From positions 75,268,001-75,332,000 of the forward strand of contig OX597825.1 in the NCBI GenBank assembly GCA_951406725.2: a stretch of DNA of 64,000 bases, read 5' to 3'. A program made the translations under genes and the position numbers. Shown in pieces: positions 11,613 to 23,627 of the stretch (position 1 is the first letter of the stretch; every line of letters begins with the position of its first letter). Below the pieces are notes generated by a model, which saw only the letters and a program-made list of their open reading frames with translations, ran no database searches and had not been told where the DNA came from. The stretch comes from Octopus vulgaris. Taxonomy: Eukaryota.

Positions 11613-13584
11613 TTCTGCAATAATGAAATACTTCATTCACATGGCTCTAATGAAAGTATATGATGTCATACTTGCACTCATCTCTGGGTGGACACCTACT
11701 CACAGCAGAAACAGCTGTCAGTTAATGAAAGTGATTATATAACTCCCATTCTTCTGTCATTCATTTATCAATTGATGTTAAACTTTGTATTAGTTTACTG
11801 CAAAAAATTGTTACAGCAACTGATTATTTGTATAACATGTGAGTGTGTGTGCAGTTATCTAATAAAAACATGTCCATTGTTCGACTTTTATATTTTGAAA
11901 TTGTCAGATAAATGAAGTTAGTTTTTCCACCAATCTTAAAATTTTATTATCAAACAATCCCCGTTCCCCACCACCAAAACACACACACAGAAAACAATAA
12001 AAAGAACAGAAAATGTAAAAAAAGAGCTACAAAATATTGAAAAAGTCAATTTTGTAATCTTGACATTCATTAAACAGGCAATTAATTAGGATTCTTGTTG
12101 TTAGATAAATATTTAATGTAGCAATATGTTTAGTAAACTGTGGCTGATGTAATAATATCAATTTGAGAGACAGACTGGGAGCAAATGTGTTGGAGAGGAA
12201 TTTAACCTATTATTTGAAAGCATTGTTTTGGTACCTCAATGGCATTGAACTGCAATGCTTTTGGTGAAAGAAGGAAAAGGAAGAAATGAAAAGAAAAAGG
12301 AAAAAGAAAATGACAAAACAAACAACATAAAATAAAAAGCTGGAATATAGGAAACTTGGTTTGGAAGGGCAAATGGCAGGCCAGAGTTGAGTCGGGGCAT
12401 CACAAATGAACTTTTAATGGATAATGTTGGGTGAGAAAGAGCAGGGAATCAGACAGAGATAGAAAGAGGAGGGGAGAGGAGTAATGGTAGAAGCTCTTAA
12501 GGAGCTGTATTGATGGTGACAATAAGTGACCCAGGGCTTGGAGGAATACAGGAGGCTATTCAGTACACTGGTTTTATACACACACTAAATTCTGTAGTTT
12601 CCGGCAGATGTTTGCTGTGCTTGATTCTGTTCTACATTCTGCCAAATGCAGAAGCTTTGACTTTGCTGATCTTGGTATCTGATGAGATAATACATGATGC
12701 ACTCAATACAGTCGAACTAGTGAACTGTGTTCAGTTTACTATTTCCCTGATACTATTACAGAGAATGTGGTATACACATATCTATCTTGTCGATAAAAAT
12801 ATACATATATACAGGTGCAGGAGTGGCTGTTCCAGGTTCAGTCCCACTGCATGGCATCTTGGGCAAGTGTCTTTTGTCATAGCCCTGGGCCGACCAATGC
12901 CTTGTGAGTGGATTTGGTAGACGGAAACTGAAAGAAGCCCGTCGTATATATATATATGTATGTGTGTGTGTGTTTGTGTGTCTGTGTTTGTCCCCCTAGC
13001 ATTGCTTGACAACCGATGCTGGTGTGTTTATGTCCCCGTTACTTAGCGGTTCGGCAAAAGAGACCGATAGAATAAGTACTGGGCTTACAAAAAGAATAAG
13101 TCCCGGGGTCGAGTTGCTCGATTAAAGGCGGTGCTCCAGCATGGCCGCAGTCAAATGACTGAAACAAGTAAAAGAGTAAAAGAGTATATACCCATATTTT
13201 GAATTCTTATTTTCCTGTTTGCATCACCATATGTATGAATGTGTCTCAGAATTCAAACATGGAATTGTGGACAGTAAATATGTTTGCATAGCAAACTTCT
13301 TGCCCTACAACCACACCTGTGCAAGAATAGTTTTGAAATAAATTACAGCATTATTTTTAACAATTAAAATTTTATTTTTTTTTATTTTTCAGAGTAAATT
13401 GGTTCCTTGGGCACCAGGTATTACCTTTGGTGTAATATGTCTCTTGATGAACATATTGATTAGATTTTTACCAGAAACATTAAACAAACAACTACCCCAA
13501 ACGGTAGAAGATGCCAAAATTAGAGACAGAGAGGAAATGGAAAGAAGGATTGCTAAGAAAAAAATAAAAAAACAAAAACACTAG
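609..13584 (+). CDS. SLC22-family (organic cation/anion, MFS) transporter, 3' part: join(609-811,3009-3401,4231-4365,6302-6387,7831-7948,10093-10165,13393-13584), 399 aa visible, 5' exons upstream of window
   Basis: Seven exons with AG/GT ends and matching phases sum to 1200 nt. SLC22 motifs: ELFPTECR, HESLRW (PESPRW-like), YYGL, GNRFLNFFISA, TELFPTDVR, SRFGQIIAP, LPETLNKQLPQT. Confidence 0.93.
1006..1439. mobile_element. Tc1/mariner-type MITE interrupted by a piggyBac-like MITE
   Basis: Imperfect TIRs TGAGGGTGTGCTAAATAGTTCCTGGC / GCCAAGAACCTTTTAGCACCCCTTG flanked by TA. An uninterrupted relative lies at 16748-16924. Confidence 0.7.
1189..1409. mobile_element. piggyBac-like MITE
   Basis: TTAA on both sides (1185-1188, 1410-1413); CCCTTT.GTTAC / GTAACGAAAGGG termini. 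Confidence 0.8.
2423..2845 (-). mobile_element. tRNA-derived SINE family A (about 400 bp, central TA/TG microsatellite, AAGAGT tail)
   Basis: Head AGGAGTGGCTGTGTGGTAAG..GGTTCAGTCCC with A/B boxes; near-identical to many copies in the window. Confidence 0.85.
3009..3401 (+). CDS. SLC22 exon (large cytoplasmic loop): TLHESLRWQ...LRKILSIMFCL
   Basis: Polypyrimidine tract plus cag acceptor, gtaagt donor at 3402, phase 2/2, ESxRW motif. Confidence 0.9.
3540..3960 (-). mobile_element. Decayed Tc1/mariner (maT-like) transposase fragment
   Basis: Minus-strand translation with a frameshift: KIKHPVNIMVFRVTTSD..VMPPFIFP..KCLEEIVLSWVKRVAAGKLYVWQQDSAPCHTSRRIQ; homologous to the transposase at 52032. Confidence 0.8.
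4231..4365 (+). CDS. SLC22 exon (TM7-TM8): FVCSLTYYGLYLMTTRLSGNRFLNFFISALFE...VFKR
   Basis: ttgtctag acceptor, gtaag donor, YYGL and GNxYLNF-type motifs. Not present in the ORF track. Confidence 0.92.
5658..5710 (+). ncRNA. Minimal hammerhead ribozyme-like motif
   Basis: tatc-a-CTGACGA-agag...ctct-GAAA-tag-GTC-c-gata. Confidence 0.55.
6302..6387 (+). CDS. SLC22 exon (TM9): RFSRKSCCIGCLSFTGIVLIIAVLLRTFS
   Basis: ttacag acceptor, gtaag donor, MFS motif-A-like R-F-S-R-K. Confidence 0.88.
7831..7948 (+). CDS. SLC22 exon (TM10): DSDIALLASTGFSFLGTFGISAAF...TELFPTDVR
   Basis: tttcag acceptor, gtaaat donor, ELFPTxVR motif. Confidence 0.93.
8237..8472 (+). mobile_element. tRNA-derived SINE family B (about 235 bp)
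   Basis: GGCGGCGAGCTGGCAGAA..GAGTTCAAATTCC head, GCCTTTCATCCTTTCGGGGTCGATAAATTAAGTACC core, AAAGAAATAGG end. Confidence 0.85.
8778..9010 (-). mobile_element. SINE B
   Basis: Inverted copy about 300 bp from 8237-8472. Confidence 0.85.
10093..10165 (+). CDS. SLC22 exon (TM11): NVGSALASIASRFGQIIAPFVRFL
   Basis: tttcag acceptor, gtaagt donor, phase 2/0. Confidence 0.92.
10290..10580 (+). mobile_element. Mariner-derived remnant
   Basis: TA-TTGGGTTGTCTGGAAAGTT mariner-like TIR followed by MEDKKVQFRHLML-type transposase start. Confidence 0.5.
11018..11568. mobile_element. Two head-to-head SINE A copies (11018-11170 minus, truncated; 11178-11568 plus)
   Basis: Sequence identity to SINE A in both orientations. 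Confidence 0.82.
12560..12760 (-). mobile_element. Highly decayed RTE-clade LINE RT fragment
   Basis: Minus-strand peptide ..IISSDTKISKVKASAFGRM.. resembles the RTE RT thumb region. Confidence 0.45.
12817..13185 (+). mobile_element. SINE A
   Basis: Full copy with a small deletion in the head. Confidence 0.85.
13393..13584 (+). CDS. SLC22 last coding exon (TM12, LPET motif, basic tail), TAG stop
   Basis: Long T-tract plus cag acceptor; LPETLNKQLPQTVEDA is typical of SLC22 C-termini. Confidence 0.93.
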   Translation, partial: SKLVPWAPGITFGVICLLMNILIRFLPETLNKQLPQTVEDAKIRDREEMERRIAKKKIKKQKH

Positions 13585-13654
13585 TTTTTTTTTTCCTAAA
13601 GGATACAGATGCAGTCCAGTATATTGGACAGTATCTGTATGTCAAAAGAGAAGT

Positions 13655-13660
13655 AATAAA
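13655..13660 (+). promoter_or_regulatory. Candidate polyadenylation signal (AATAAA) of the SLC22 gene
   Basis: AATAAA about 70 nt after the stop, followed by GT/T-rich sequence. The hexamer is common in AT-rich DNA. Confidence 0.4.
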
Positions 13661-13771
13661 ATAGTTTTGTTTGTAACGCTGTTATTTGTGTTCTTTTAAT
13701 CTTTTACTGGTTTCAATCATTGGACTCTGGCCATATTGCTACACTTGTATATTTCAAGATACATCTTTTAA

Positions 13772-13991
13772 CCCTTTCATTACCAACCCGGCCGAAACCG
13801 CCTCTGGCTCTGAGTACAAATATCTTGTTTTCTTAAGTTTTGAATTAAAATATTCCACCAAACCTTAGTCACAATTTATGTTCCTAACACTAGCTTAATA
13901 GTAACTAAGTTATTTTACTAAATTCTTTGTTATATTTAAAATAATTGAAAGGAACATAGAGCATCTCAAAATAAATACGGTAATGAAAGGG
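13772..13991. mobile_element. piggyBac-like MITE, same family as 1189-1409
   Basis: TTAA TSDs, CCCTTTCATTACC / GGTAATGAAAGGG TIRs. A decayed copy lies at ~38200-38420. Confidence 0.82.
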
Positions 13992-14035
13992 TTAAGTCAA
14001 TTATAATAATCCCAGTAATTAGGAACTTATTCAAG

Positions 14036-14196
14036 CAGGAGTGGCTGTGTTGTAAGTCGCTTGCTAACCAACCACATGGTTCCGGGTTCAGTCCCACTGC
14101 ATGGCATCTTGGGCAAGTGTCTTCTGCTATAGCCCCAGGCCGACCAATGCCTTGTGAGTGGATTTGGTAGACGGAAATTGAAAGAAGCCTGTCGTA

Positions 14197-14247
<51 letters not shown>

Positions 14248-14465
14248 TTGTGTGTCTGTGTTTGTCCCCCAAGCATTGCTTGACAACCGATGCTGGTGTG
14301 TTTACATCCCCATCACTTAGCGGTTTGGCAAAAGAGACCGATTGAATAAGTACTGGGCTTACAAAGAATAAGTCCCGGGGTTGATTTGCTCGACTAAAGG
14401 TGGTGCTCCAGCATGGCCGCAGTCAAATGACTGAAACAAGTAAAAGAGAGTAAAGAGTAAGAGTA
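14036..14465 (+). mobile_element. SINE A
   Basis: Full copy. Confidence 0.87.
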
Positions 14466-14834
14466 TTCTCACATAATCGAAAGCCTAAATTCTCCTTGGA
14501 ATAAAGGGAGCTAGCTTGATACTTAAAGCTTTAAGGAATTTTTGCTGAGTTACACCAACACACACATACATATCATTGTCATCATCATCATCAATTAACA
14601 TAAATAAAGGTACCATATAGGATATCATTGGCCATAATAGATTCCAGCAGTCCACTAGTGGACGATGCTTAAAAGAAGTCTTCCAAATTTGCATAATTTA
14701 CTGCAATTACTAAATAAACAGCATAAAGCTTTTCTAACATGCTGTCGTAGGTTCTATTATACCTTTAAATTCTTCAATAGGTCCAAATAGAAACAAAATC
14801 AACATGCATAACACATCCATTCATGGACATTACA

Positions 14835-14835
<1 letters not shown>

Positions 14836-14865
<30 letters not shown>

Positions 14866-15410
14866 TGTATGTATGTATGTGTATGTATGTATATATGTAG
14901 TTATATATGTATGTATGTGTGTGTATGTATATATATGTATGTATTTATGTATGTATGTATGTATGTGTGTATGTATGTATATATGTATGTATATATGTGT
15001 GTATGTATGTATATGTATGTGTACATATGTATATATATGTGTATGTATATGTATGTGTGTGTATGTATGTATATATGTAGTTATATATGTATGTATGTAT
15101 TTATGTATGTATGTATGTGTATGTATGTATATGTATGTATATATGTATGTATATATATGTGTGTATGTATGTATATGTATGTGTACATATGTATATGTGT
15201 ATGTATATGTATGTGTGTGTATGTATGTATATATGTAGTTATATATGTATGTATGTGTGTGTATGTATATATATGTATGTATTTATGTATGTATGTATAT
15301 GTGTGTATGTATGTATATATGTATGTATATATATGTGTGTATGTATGTATATGTACATATGTATATATATGTGTATGTATATGTATGTGTGTGTGTGGGT
15401 GTGTGTTTAT
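14836..15410. repeat. Compound (TATG/TG/TA)n microsatellite with higher-order periodicity
   Basis: ATATATGTAGTTATATATGT recurs at ~14891, 15071 and 15231. Confidence 0.9.
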
Positions 15411-16307
15411 GAGTATGATTTCTTCTTTTTTTTCTACCTCTCTATCAACAATAGCATCTTAGAAGATAACTAGGTTTTCTTTTCTTCTACCTCTCTATCA
15501 ACATAAGAGTATCTTAGAAACTAGCTAGTTTCGTTTCAATAGTTTTTATTTTTTGTAGTTTTTCAGATTTTATTTTTCTTAGTTTGTAATTTTAAATTTA
15601 GGTTTTAAGTTTTAAATTTAATTCTTAATCCTTTATCTTGTATCATTTAATTGTTATTAAGCTTGAAATATAATTCTAAATATCTGTTCTAACCCCTATA
15701 ATATTGTGCTCAGTAATCCCCACTTAACTGAAACTTTAACATTTGATCTCTTACCCCGATGCAATACTCACATATCTCTATCATTACCTTTACTTTTATC
15801 TTTATTCTTATTTTTACTCATTTACCCCCATCTTATTTTTACTCCATTTCTCCTCTCTCTCCCATATACACCCACTCATGAAACCCATTTATAATATCAC
15901 TATCATTACCTTTACTTTTATTTTATTTTTTCTTCTTGTTTTTTTACCCTTTTACCTCTATCTTATTTTTATTCCTTTCTTTTCTCTCTCCCATCTATTC
16001 CCACTAACAAAACTCATTAATGCCTATCTTACTTTCTCACTCTATATATGCATTTACAATATAAGTTATTCGAAACACTACCAAAATACCACCTGGATTT
16101 GCCTGGGATTTTAACTAAGGACCTGTACCTTCATGGAAGTACTGACCAATATCCATATCCTCTAGAAACAGATGGGTTGTGAACATTATTCTCCTGCCTA
16201 TATTCTACTAACTAACTTTACTCTTTATTCTTCTATTTTCTTCTTTAAAAACTGTGAATTTTATTCTTCATATACTGAATTTTCCCTGTCTAAAATATTC
16301 ATACAAT

Positions 16308-16383
16308 GTCTCTGATGATGAAATTCCCAGTGCGTGGACATGCTAACCTACCATTTGGATTATCCCAGAAATGCCTGTAAGAC
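16308..16383 (+). ncRNA. Type I hammerhead ribozyme-like motif (Penelope-type)
   Basis: gtct-CTGATGA-[degenerate stem II ...ggattatccca]-GAAA-tgcct-GTA-agac; stem I GTCT/AGAC is perfect. Confidence 0.6.
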
Positions 16384-16616
16384 TTCAAATTCACCATACC
16401 CTAATTAAATTATTCTAAATAACTTGAGATACTTGGTCTGCCTTCGTTTTTGATTTTATCTCTAATACAATATAATATAGTATAACATAATATATAATAT
16501 ATATATATATATACATACATATATATAGTTAATCCAAACATGAAAACACAACAACGCGAGGATGTGGAACAAGTATAGTGTTATTGGATGCTCAGGAAAG
16601 GAAAGAAAGAAGGAGA

Positions 16617-16651
16617 ATTTAACATTTCGAGCAGAGCTCTTCGTCAGAAAT
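16617..16651 (-). ncRNA. Minimal type I hammerhead ribozyme motif
   Basis: Minus strand reads attt-CTGACGA-a-gagc-tct-gctc-GAAA-tg-TT-aaat: stem I ATTT/AAAT, stem II GAGC/GCTC. Confidence 0.65.
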
Positions 16652-16747
16652 ATAGGCAAAGGAAAAATCCAAGGAAAGGAAGACGAAGGAAAAAAATTCG
16701 CCAATGATACACATGTGGTCACATTTATATATATATATACACATATT

Positions 16748-16924
16748 CAAGAGGGTGCTGAAAAGTTTCTGGCTTTAATGGTATCATGAAATGCCTGGTT
16801 GAAGGCCCAACCTTCCAAATTCTTTTACAGGGCTTAGGGAGGAATATGTTGTATAAAATCATAAGTAACTAATCCTCCTGTATTTTCTTTTACCCAAAGG
16901 CAGAAACTTTTCAGCACCCCCTAG
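16748..16924. mobile_element. Tc1/mariner-type MITE
   Basis: GGGTGCTGAAAAGTTTCTG / CAGAAACTTTTCAGCACCC TIRs; internal homology to 1006-1439. Confidence 0.7.
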
Positions 16925-17491
16925 TACATGGTTGAGTGGGTGGGTGGATGGATGGGTGAGTGTTTGGATGGATGGACAGACAGGTGCTTATATAGAGGGT
17001 AGTCTGATAGATGGCTGGACAGAAAGATGGACGGTCAGACAGACAGGCAGAGAAGCGAATAGATATATGGATGGATGATGGATGGATTGATGGACAGATG
17101 GATGAATGGCTAGGAATACATATCTGTTTAGGCTGAGTCAACTTTCTTTAACATTGTGTTGCAATCCCAATTCTAAAATTTAAAACAAAGAAGAATGGCT
17201 CTGACTTAGCCACAATCTCTTAAACTATAGATCTGAAAAGCATGTAAATATGAAGCATTTCTAAATGCATAAAACACTATGCACTAACAAGGGAATGTTT
17301 ATAATGTTGGGGATCATGAAATATATAATATACGTCTGTAGATATGTACATACACATATGTTATAAGTACTAAAATACATACAAACATACACCTATGTAT
17401 CACATACATATATGCATGTCTAGACATATGTATACATATACTTACACATGTGTGTGTGTGTTTATATATATGAATGAATATATGTATGTGT

Positions 17492-17706
17492 AGAGCTGAA
17501 AAAGAAGTAATTTCTACTCTTCTCCTCTGGAAGCCATCTACTCGCAATACCAGAGGGCGCACACTCTCCTACCCTGATGTAATCTCCAGGGATACAGGCA
17601 TCCAGCAACAGGACCTCCGTAATGCTATGATGGACCGTGAAGTCTGGCGTAACATAGTAAATTCCATTGTCTCGACCACGGTCGAACAATGATGATGATG
17701 ATGATG
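17492..17706 (+). mobile_element. RTE-clade LINE 3' end
   Basis: LLLWKPSTRNTRGRTLSYPDVISRDTG...AMMDREVWRNIV* followed by a (TGA)n tail. Confidence 0.8.
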
Positions 17707-20228
17707 TGTATATGTATAAATATCATCTCTCTCCAGATTTCAAGTAGAAATGTTAAACCGTTCAATGACATAAACTCCAACCCAGCAGAAATGAACAATT
17801 CCCCAGTTATTGAGAATAACAAAACATAACCAAAGAGCAAAAAAAAAAAAAAAAACACGAAGATGCTTAAGTGTGTCCACCTGGGTATATGAAACACTTC
17901 TTATTCCAACTGATCTAAAAACTGGCAAACTACCATGTTGTCTACCCAAATGGAAAGAATCCATCACACACCATCTGCATTTGGTTGAGAATACCATTCA
18001 ATAATTAACTGTTATGAAACATTCAATATGTCACAGCATTGAAATGAATAGGTTTTTAATAATTGATTTAACTTGATTTCCATTTTTTCTTTTTTTTTTT
18101 CCTTCTTTTTTTTTTTAATAATGTTGGAGCAGAGCAGAAGAAAACAAATCTTGTGCAAGGAACTTGAAATTATTGCTTTTATATGGATTTGAAACAAGAA
18201 CTTTGCAATCAATTAGATAAGAAGAGGGAGAAAAACACCATGCTTCAAAGAATAATTTAAAAAGAAAGAAATATATTGTTTGTTTATATAAGCTAGTATG
18301 AGTTGAACAAGATCATGGAGTGGGGGTCTATTTAAGTGAAACAGGAATCAAGGGGATCCACAGGGAAAACTGGTTGAGAACCACTGAACTAAACTGAACA
18401 GAGGAGTTTATACAATTTCTGTAAGAAAGAATCCATCTTGTTCTTTCTACATTATGTTACCAAATGTCTAAGGAAATGGTCATGGTGTTTTCACCTCCCC
18501 AAAAGTTTAAGTAACATGAGCAACTATGTCAACCTGTTAGACAATATACACTCTCTCACACACACCTTGTTTTATAACATTTAGCATATGATGATGATGA
18601 TGATGGTGGTAGTAGTTTCTTATAGTCCAAGAAAGATTGTTCTGCAATTCCTTGCTGAACAATCTGCACAAATGATTTGTTTTATAGAGTTCAAGTGTTT
18701 GCACTGTACATTAGCTTATTCCCTCCATCAAATAAACATTGCTTGACCAAGTGTACTGTGTACCACACGTCAGGTGTCAGAGTGATCAGAGAGCAACAAG
18801 AGATGAAGTGTTTTGCTCAAGAATACAATGCATCACCCAGTCCAGGAATTGAAACCACAGTCTTGCAATAGTCAGTGCAACACTCTAACCACTAGGCTGT
18901 GCATCCTCATATTCCTGTATAAAAGAAGGTAAAAAAATTAATCTCAAAATTTTTATGAGTTATGAAATACAGAAGTTCATTATCATTTAACATCCGTTGT
19001 CCATGCTGGCATGGGTTGGAAAGTTTGATCAGGGCTGGTACATAGGGAGGCTGCATCAGACTCCAGTCTGATTTAGCATGGTTTTCTATGGCTGGATGCC
19101 CTTCCTAATACCATCTGCTCCAAGAGTGTAATGGGTGCTTTTATGAGCCACTGGCACGTGTGCCATTTGTATGACACCATTGAACATTTAAAATTGTTTA
19201 GGACAGTAATTCTTCAACTTGAACATTAGCACCCCTTGTGAGCATTGTGGGATCACAAGAGGACACTATGGGGACAGGTGGTGAGCTTGGTGTTTAGAAT
19301 ATTCTGACTTTTGTTACATATAAATAGTTTAAAACATGTAGAATATTTATAGTTTAAATGCATTTTCAAAAAAAGAAAAAAACTTTATTGGCATTAAAAT
19401 ATGAACAGGATATTTTGTTTGTTTTTTCGTGAGCAAAACATGACTGAGGATGCACCAAGGTTCAATATAATTTCGTTATTAAAGTCTTCACCATAAAAAA
19501 TTAGCATCAGTGGACACTGGTTGACAAAAATATCTGGCAAAAAGCGCATGCTGGATGGAATTAAATGTCTGAGCAAAATAAATTTTCTGTTTAATCAAAA
19601 TAATTAGATGTCTCTTCTTTTTTCATTTTTCTTGTTTTTGGAAAAAGATGAAATGGGATCCTTTTTTTTAAAAGCTAGTCTCAGCTAGAAAAAGTTTAAA
19701 ACCATTGGTTTTTAGGCTGCATTTTAAAGGTCATGCATTCATTTCAAAAACTCTCTTAAATGGTAAGAAGTCATATTCTGACTTTAAAAAAATACAAATT
19801 ACAATTATATATGAACAAAAATATCAATGAAGCAATGTAAGAGAAAAGCTGGACAATGTCATATGAATTCTTTTGTCTGTTGATGTATGTGAAAAGTAAA
19901 TATTTATTTTTCTGAAAATGCCATTGGAAATAATAGGCACCTCTTATAAGAAGTTTTATGACCACAGTCTGTGGAGGCACACATGTACAAATGTATGTAT
20001 ATGCATATATATGTGTCAAATTCTCTTAAAACATTCAACTTTATGAAACATATATAGGAGAAAATCCAGACACATATACCCATAATATACATACATACAT
20101 ACATATACACACATATATATATATCTAAATAATAAATGAGTGGAAATTGAACCAGTGAGTGTGTTAAATAGTAAGGCATTAAGACAATGTGACTCTCCCC
20201 AGACAATATATATATATATATATATATA

Positions 20229-21436
20229 CACTATAAAAACCCGTGTAAATTGTGCACCTGTGTAATTTATGCAGGTGATTTTCAGGATGAAATTTATTAA
20301 AAAAAGCTTCTACTCATGTAATATTCACACCCAAAAGTTTTCAGAATTGCCAATATGGCCAGGGGAGAAAGGTTTTCAATTTAGATGTATTTAGCATGAT
20401 TTCACTTACTTATGATTAGATTTTATTAAATTTTCATTGAATAAAAATAATTTCTGTTTAACAGGTACCACATTGCAGAGCTATTAAATTACAAAGTGTT
20501 TCTGTTGTTTATAATAAACTTTATTTTACTTTTCTTGCCCAAAGAGATTATGTCCACTCTTTAGCATACTGCTGTATGTTTTCTCAATTTATGATCACAG
20601 GAAAAGTTGTTGATAAGAATTATCAACAGAAACAAAGTTGATAAATACACACAGGTGCTGCAAATTAAGTTTAATTAACAATAAACATCAGCTTGGATGA
20701 CACTTTACTCGATCGAAAGAGGAAGGTGACTGATGAAACTGATTATGTAAACAGAATTCTTTTCCACCTTGTCAGAACCTTTGATAACGGTGTATTTAAA
20801 TTTTGATTCCTTTCACTCTTATAAAATGTCAAGAAAACTTTAAAATTTGTCATTACTATTATTGTCAGCATGAGCAGAACTTATGAATCATTTACTGTGA
20901 AGGAAAAATTAAATATGTTGAATATGAATTTGAATGTGAGCAAATGTTCGGAATTGGCGTAAACAGTACAACAAAATTAAAACTGTGCCTGGTAATAAAC
21001 AGACAAAAATAAAATTATATAATCAAGATTATCCATATCATTACATTTTTTCAGTGAGGAATATCCATATCATTATGGATGTCAATGGTGCTCCATTGCA
21101 ATAAAAACTCCAATCAATGTAAAATATGGCCCGGAATATGTTTACCAGTGTGAACATAAGACTTCAAAAAGTAGTTAACAATTTAATGGTTTTAGTAAAA
21201 GCAAGCATTATACCGTCCAGCATAAATAAAAGTCAAATTCATATTTAAGCCATTATTTTTTCTGTAAAAATATTTTCTGATATTAAATGCGTCAGCTTCT
21301 GGTATGAATGTTTATGTTTTGTACGTCCTCTTGCAACAAAAAAAAAAAAAAAATTCTAGAAACGATCTACTCATGTACCCTAAAGCCTTTTATTTTTGTG
21401 AAAAAATGTCTGTAAATTACATGTGCTTTTATGGTG
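20229..21436 (+). mobile_element. pogo/Tigger-like non-autonomous DNA transposon
   Basis: Imperfect TIRs CACTATAAAAACCCGTGTAAATT / TAAATTACATGTGCTTTTATGGTG flanked by TA; internal MSRTYESFTVKEKLN resembles a pogo HTH start. Confidence 0.6.
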
Positions 21437-22385
21437 TATATATATATATTGATAATAATAATAATAATAATATTACAACAAAAGAATGAAGGAGATCTCG
21501 ATATTATGTAAATAGAGGAATTTATCTATAAATATATGTTTGCTGTACTGTTTAATTATATATATATATTTTTTTTTTTCCTGGCGATGGCTGATTTATG
21601 GGGTTACCCTGGGTTTTCCGTTCATAAAGGGTTTAAATTTACAGAGTATCTTCAGACCTCAAGACATTTCTCCTCCATATTTTAAAGAGGTCATAGACCA
21701 ATAGGTCTTGGGGTATGAAGATACACTATAAAGTTAAACCCTTTACGGACAGGAAACCCAGAGTAACCTCATAAATTGGCCTTCACCAGGAAAAAATATA
21801 GACTGCTCTACTTCTTAGTGTGTGCTTCTTCTCCAGATTTATGTTTTCCTAAAAATTATATATATATATATATACATAAATATATACAAGCACACATAAA
21901 CACATATTCATGTGTATATTTTATATACAGCTATATATAAACACAGTAAAATACTGAAAAAGCACTGAAGGTGAATATGTAGAGTATAAATATATTTTTT
22001 ACAAAAATGACTTTGAAGTTTCATTGATTTCCAGAGTCCCATCACCTGAGAAGGCAGACAACCAGCAAAACTTTGAAGTAACTAGCCAAATTATTTCTTG
22101 TCATTCATATATTTACACATACACACACACACACACACACACATACACACACACTACATAAATATATATATATGTAACATGAAGGAATATGGATTTGGAA
22201 TCCAGGCAGATACCTTATTAGCACTCTAATATAATCCAGTTCTGGTTCACTACATCAAATGATAGGTAACATACAGAATTATATACGTGTTTGTGTGTAC
22301 ACACACACATATATATATATATATGGGTCCAACCCATGCTAGCATGGAAAGCGGACGTTAAACGATGATGATGATGTTTGTGTGT

Positions 22386-22435
<50 letters not shown>

Positions 22436-22473
22436 ACATGTATATATATATATATGTATACACATATCGATGT

Positions 22474-22507
<34 letters not shown>

Positions 22508-23627
22508 CTTTTACTTGTTTCAGTCATTAGATTGTGGCCATGCTAGGGCACTGCCTTGATACAACATAGGTACACCACTGATTCTCCAGTATCCTTGTTT
22601 CCAAAGCCTTGGTGTATTAACCATTTTGTCTGACCAGCCATGGTCATATAATAATTCATCAACACACCTCTAATCAACTAATTATACACCTGCATCTAAA
22701 GTATCACCAACCGTTCTATGTTATCCTGGTTTGATATGGATTTCTGTTTGACATTACCCCTGACGCTCTCAATCCTCTTACCCGTAGTAGCCACAGCAAA
22801 TGGTAACTTTAAGCTAAATGAACAGAGGATCTCTCAAAACTTTGGTATTGCCACAAACAAGTGCAATGTAAATAATGCAGGTAAACACACAGTACACAAA
22901 ACACCACATGTGGTCATGCAGTGAACTAGATTATCAGCTATGGGAATTTCAAGTTCTCCCTTGTAGTTTATCAGGATTAAAGAAGTGGCCAGACCTTCAG
23001 TTGTGGGAAAATCAGTGGCGTACATCAACATAAAGTTTATTTTGGGCCTATAATTGCACTAGGCCAGAGCTTATCCCATTTCCTCAGGTGTTTAAATGAC
23101 TGGGAGTACGAGACTCTCCTAAAACTGGATGTCAGTCTGCCATGGACTTAATATCTAACCATGGCTGGAACTCATTTTTAGGTGGGTAGACTGGAGCAAA
23201 ATAAAATGAAGTGCCTTGCTCAAGAAGACAATGCACCAATTGGTCTCGGAATCAATCCCACAATTTTATGATTGCAAGCCTAATATCCTAACCATTGAGT
23301 CACACACTACTACCACACACACACACACACGTTTTCATACAAATATACATATTCATATACACACGTATATTTATACATATATGAACAATGACACACACAC
23401 GTATGCAGAAACAAAGACAATATTGCATGTTTATAAGAAATCAGACATTGACAAATACACACACACACATGCATGCACAAACACATGCATATATGTACAC
23501 ACACACACACACTAACACAGAGACACATTAACAAGTGAAATGGTAACAAAGCATTCAAATTGAATAAGAAATTGTCTTCATCAGGAAATATTCTTCTTTG
23601 GTAAGAATTGTAATGATACAGTTCCAT

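Noticed and set aside
14804-15473. Long ORFs of 128-205 aa (also 5898-6263, 50997-51614, 52860-53392)
   Set aside because: Translations of TA/TG/TATG microsatellites.
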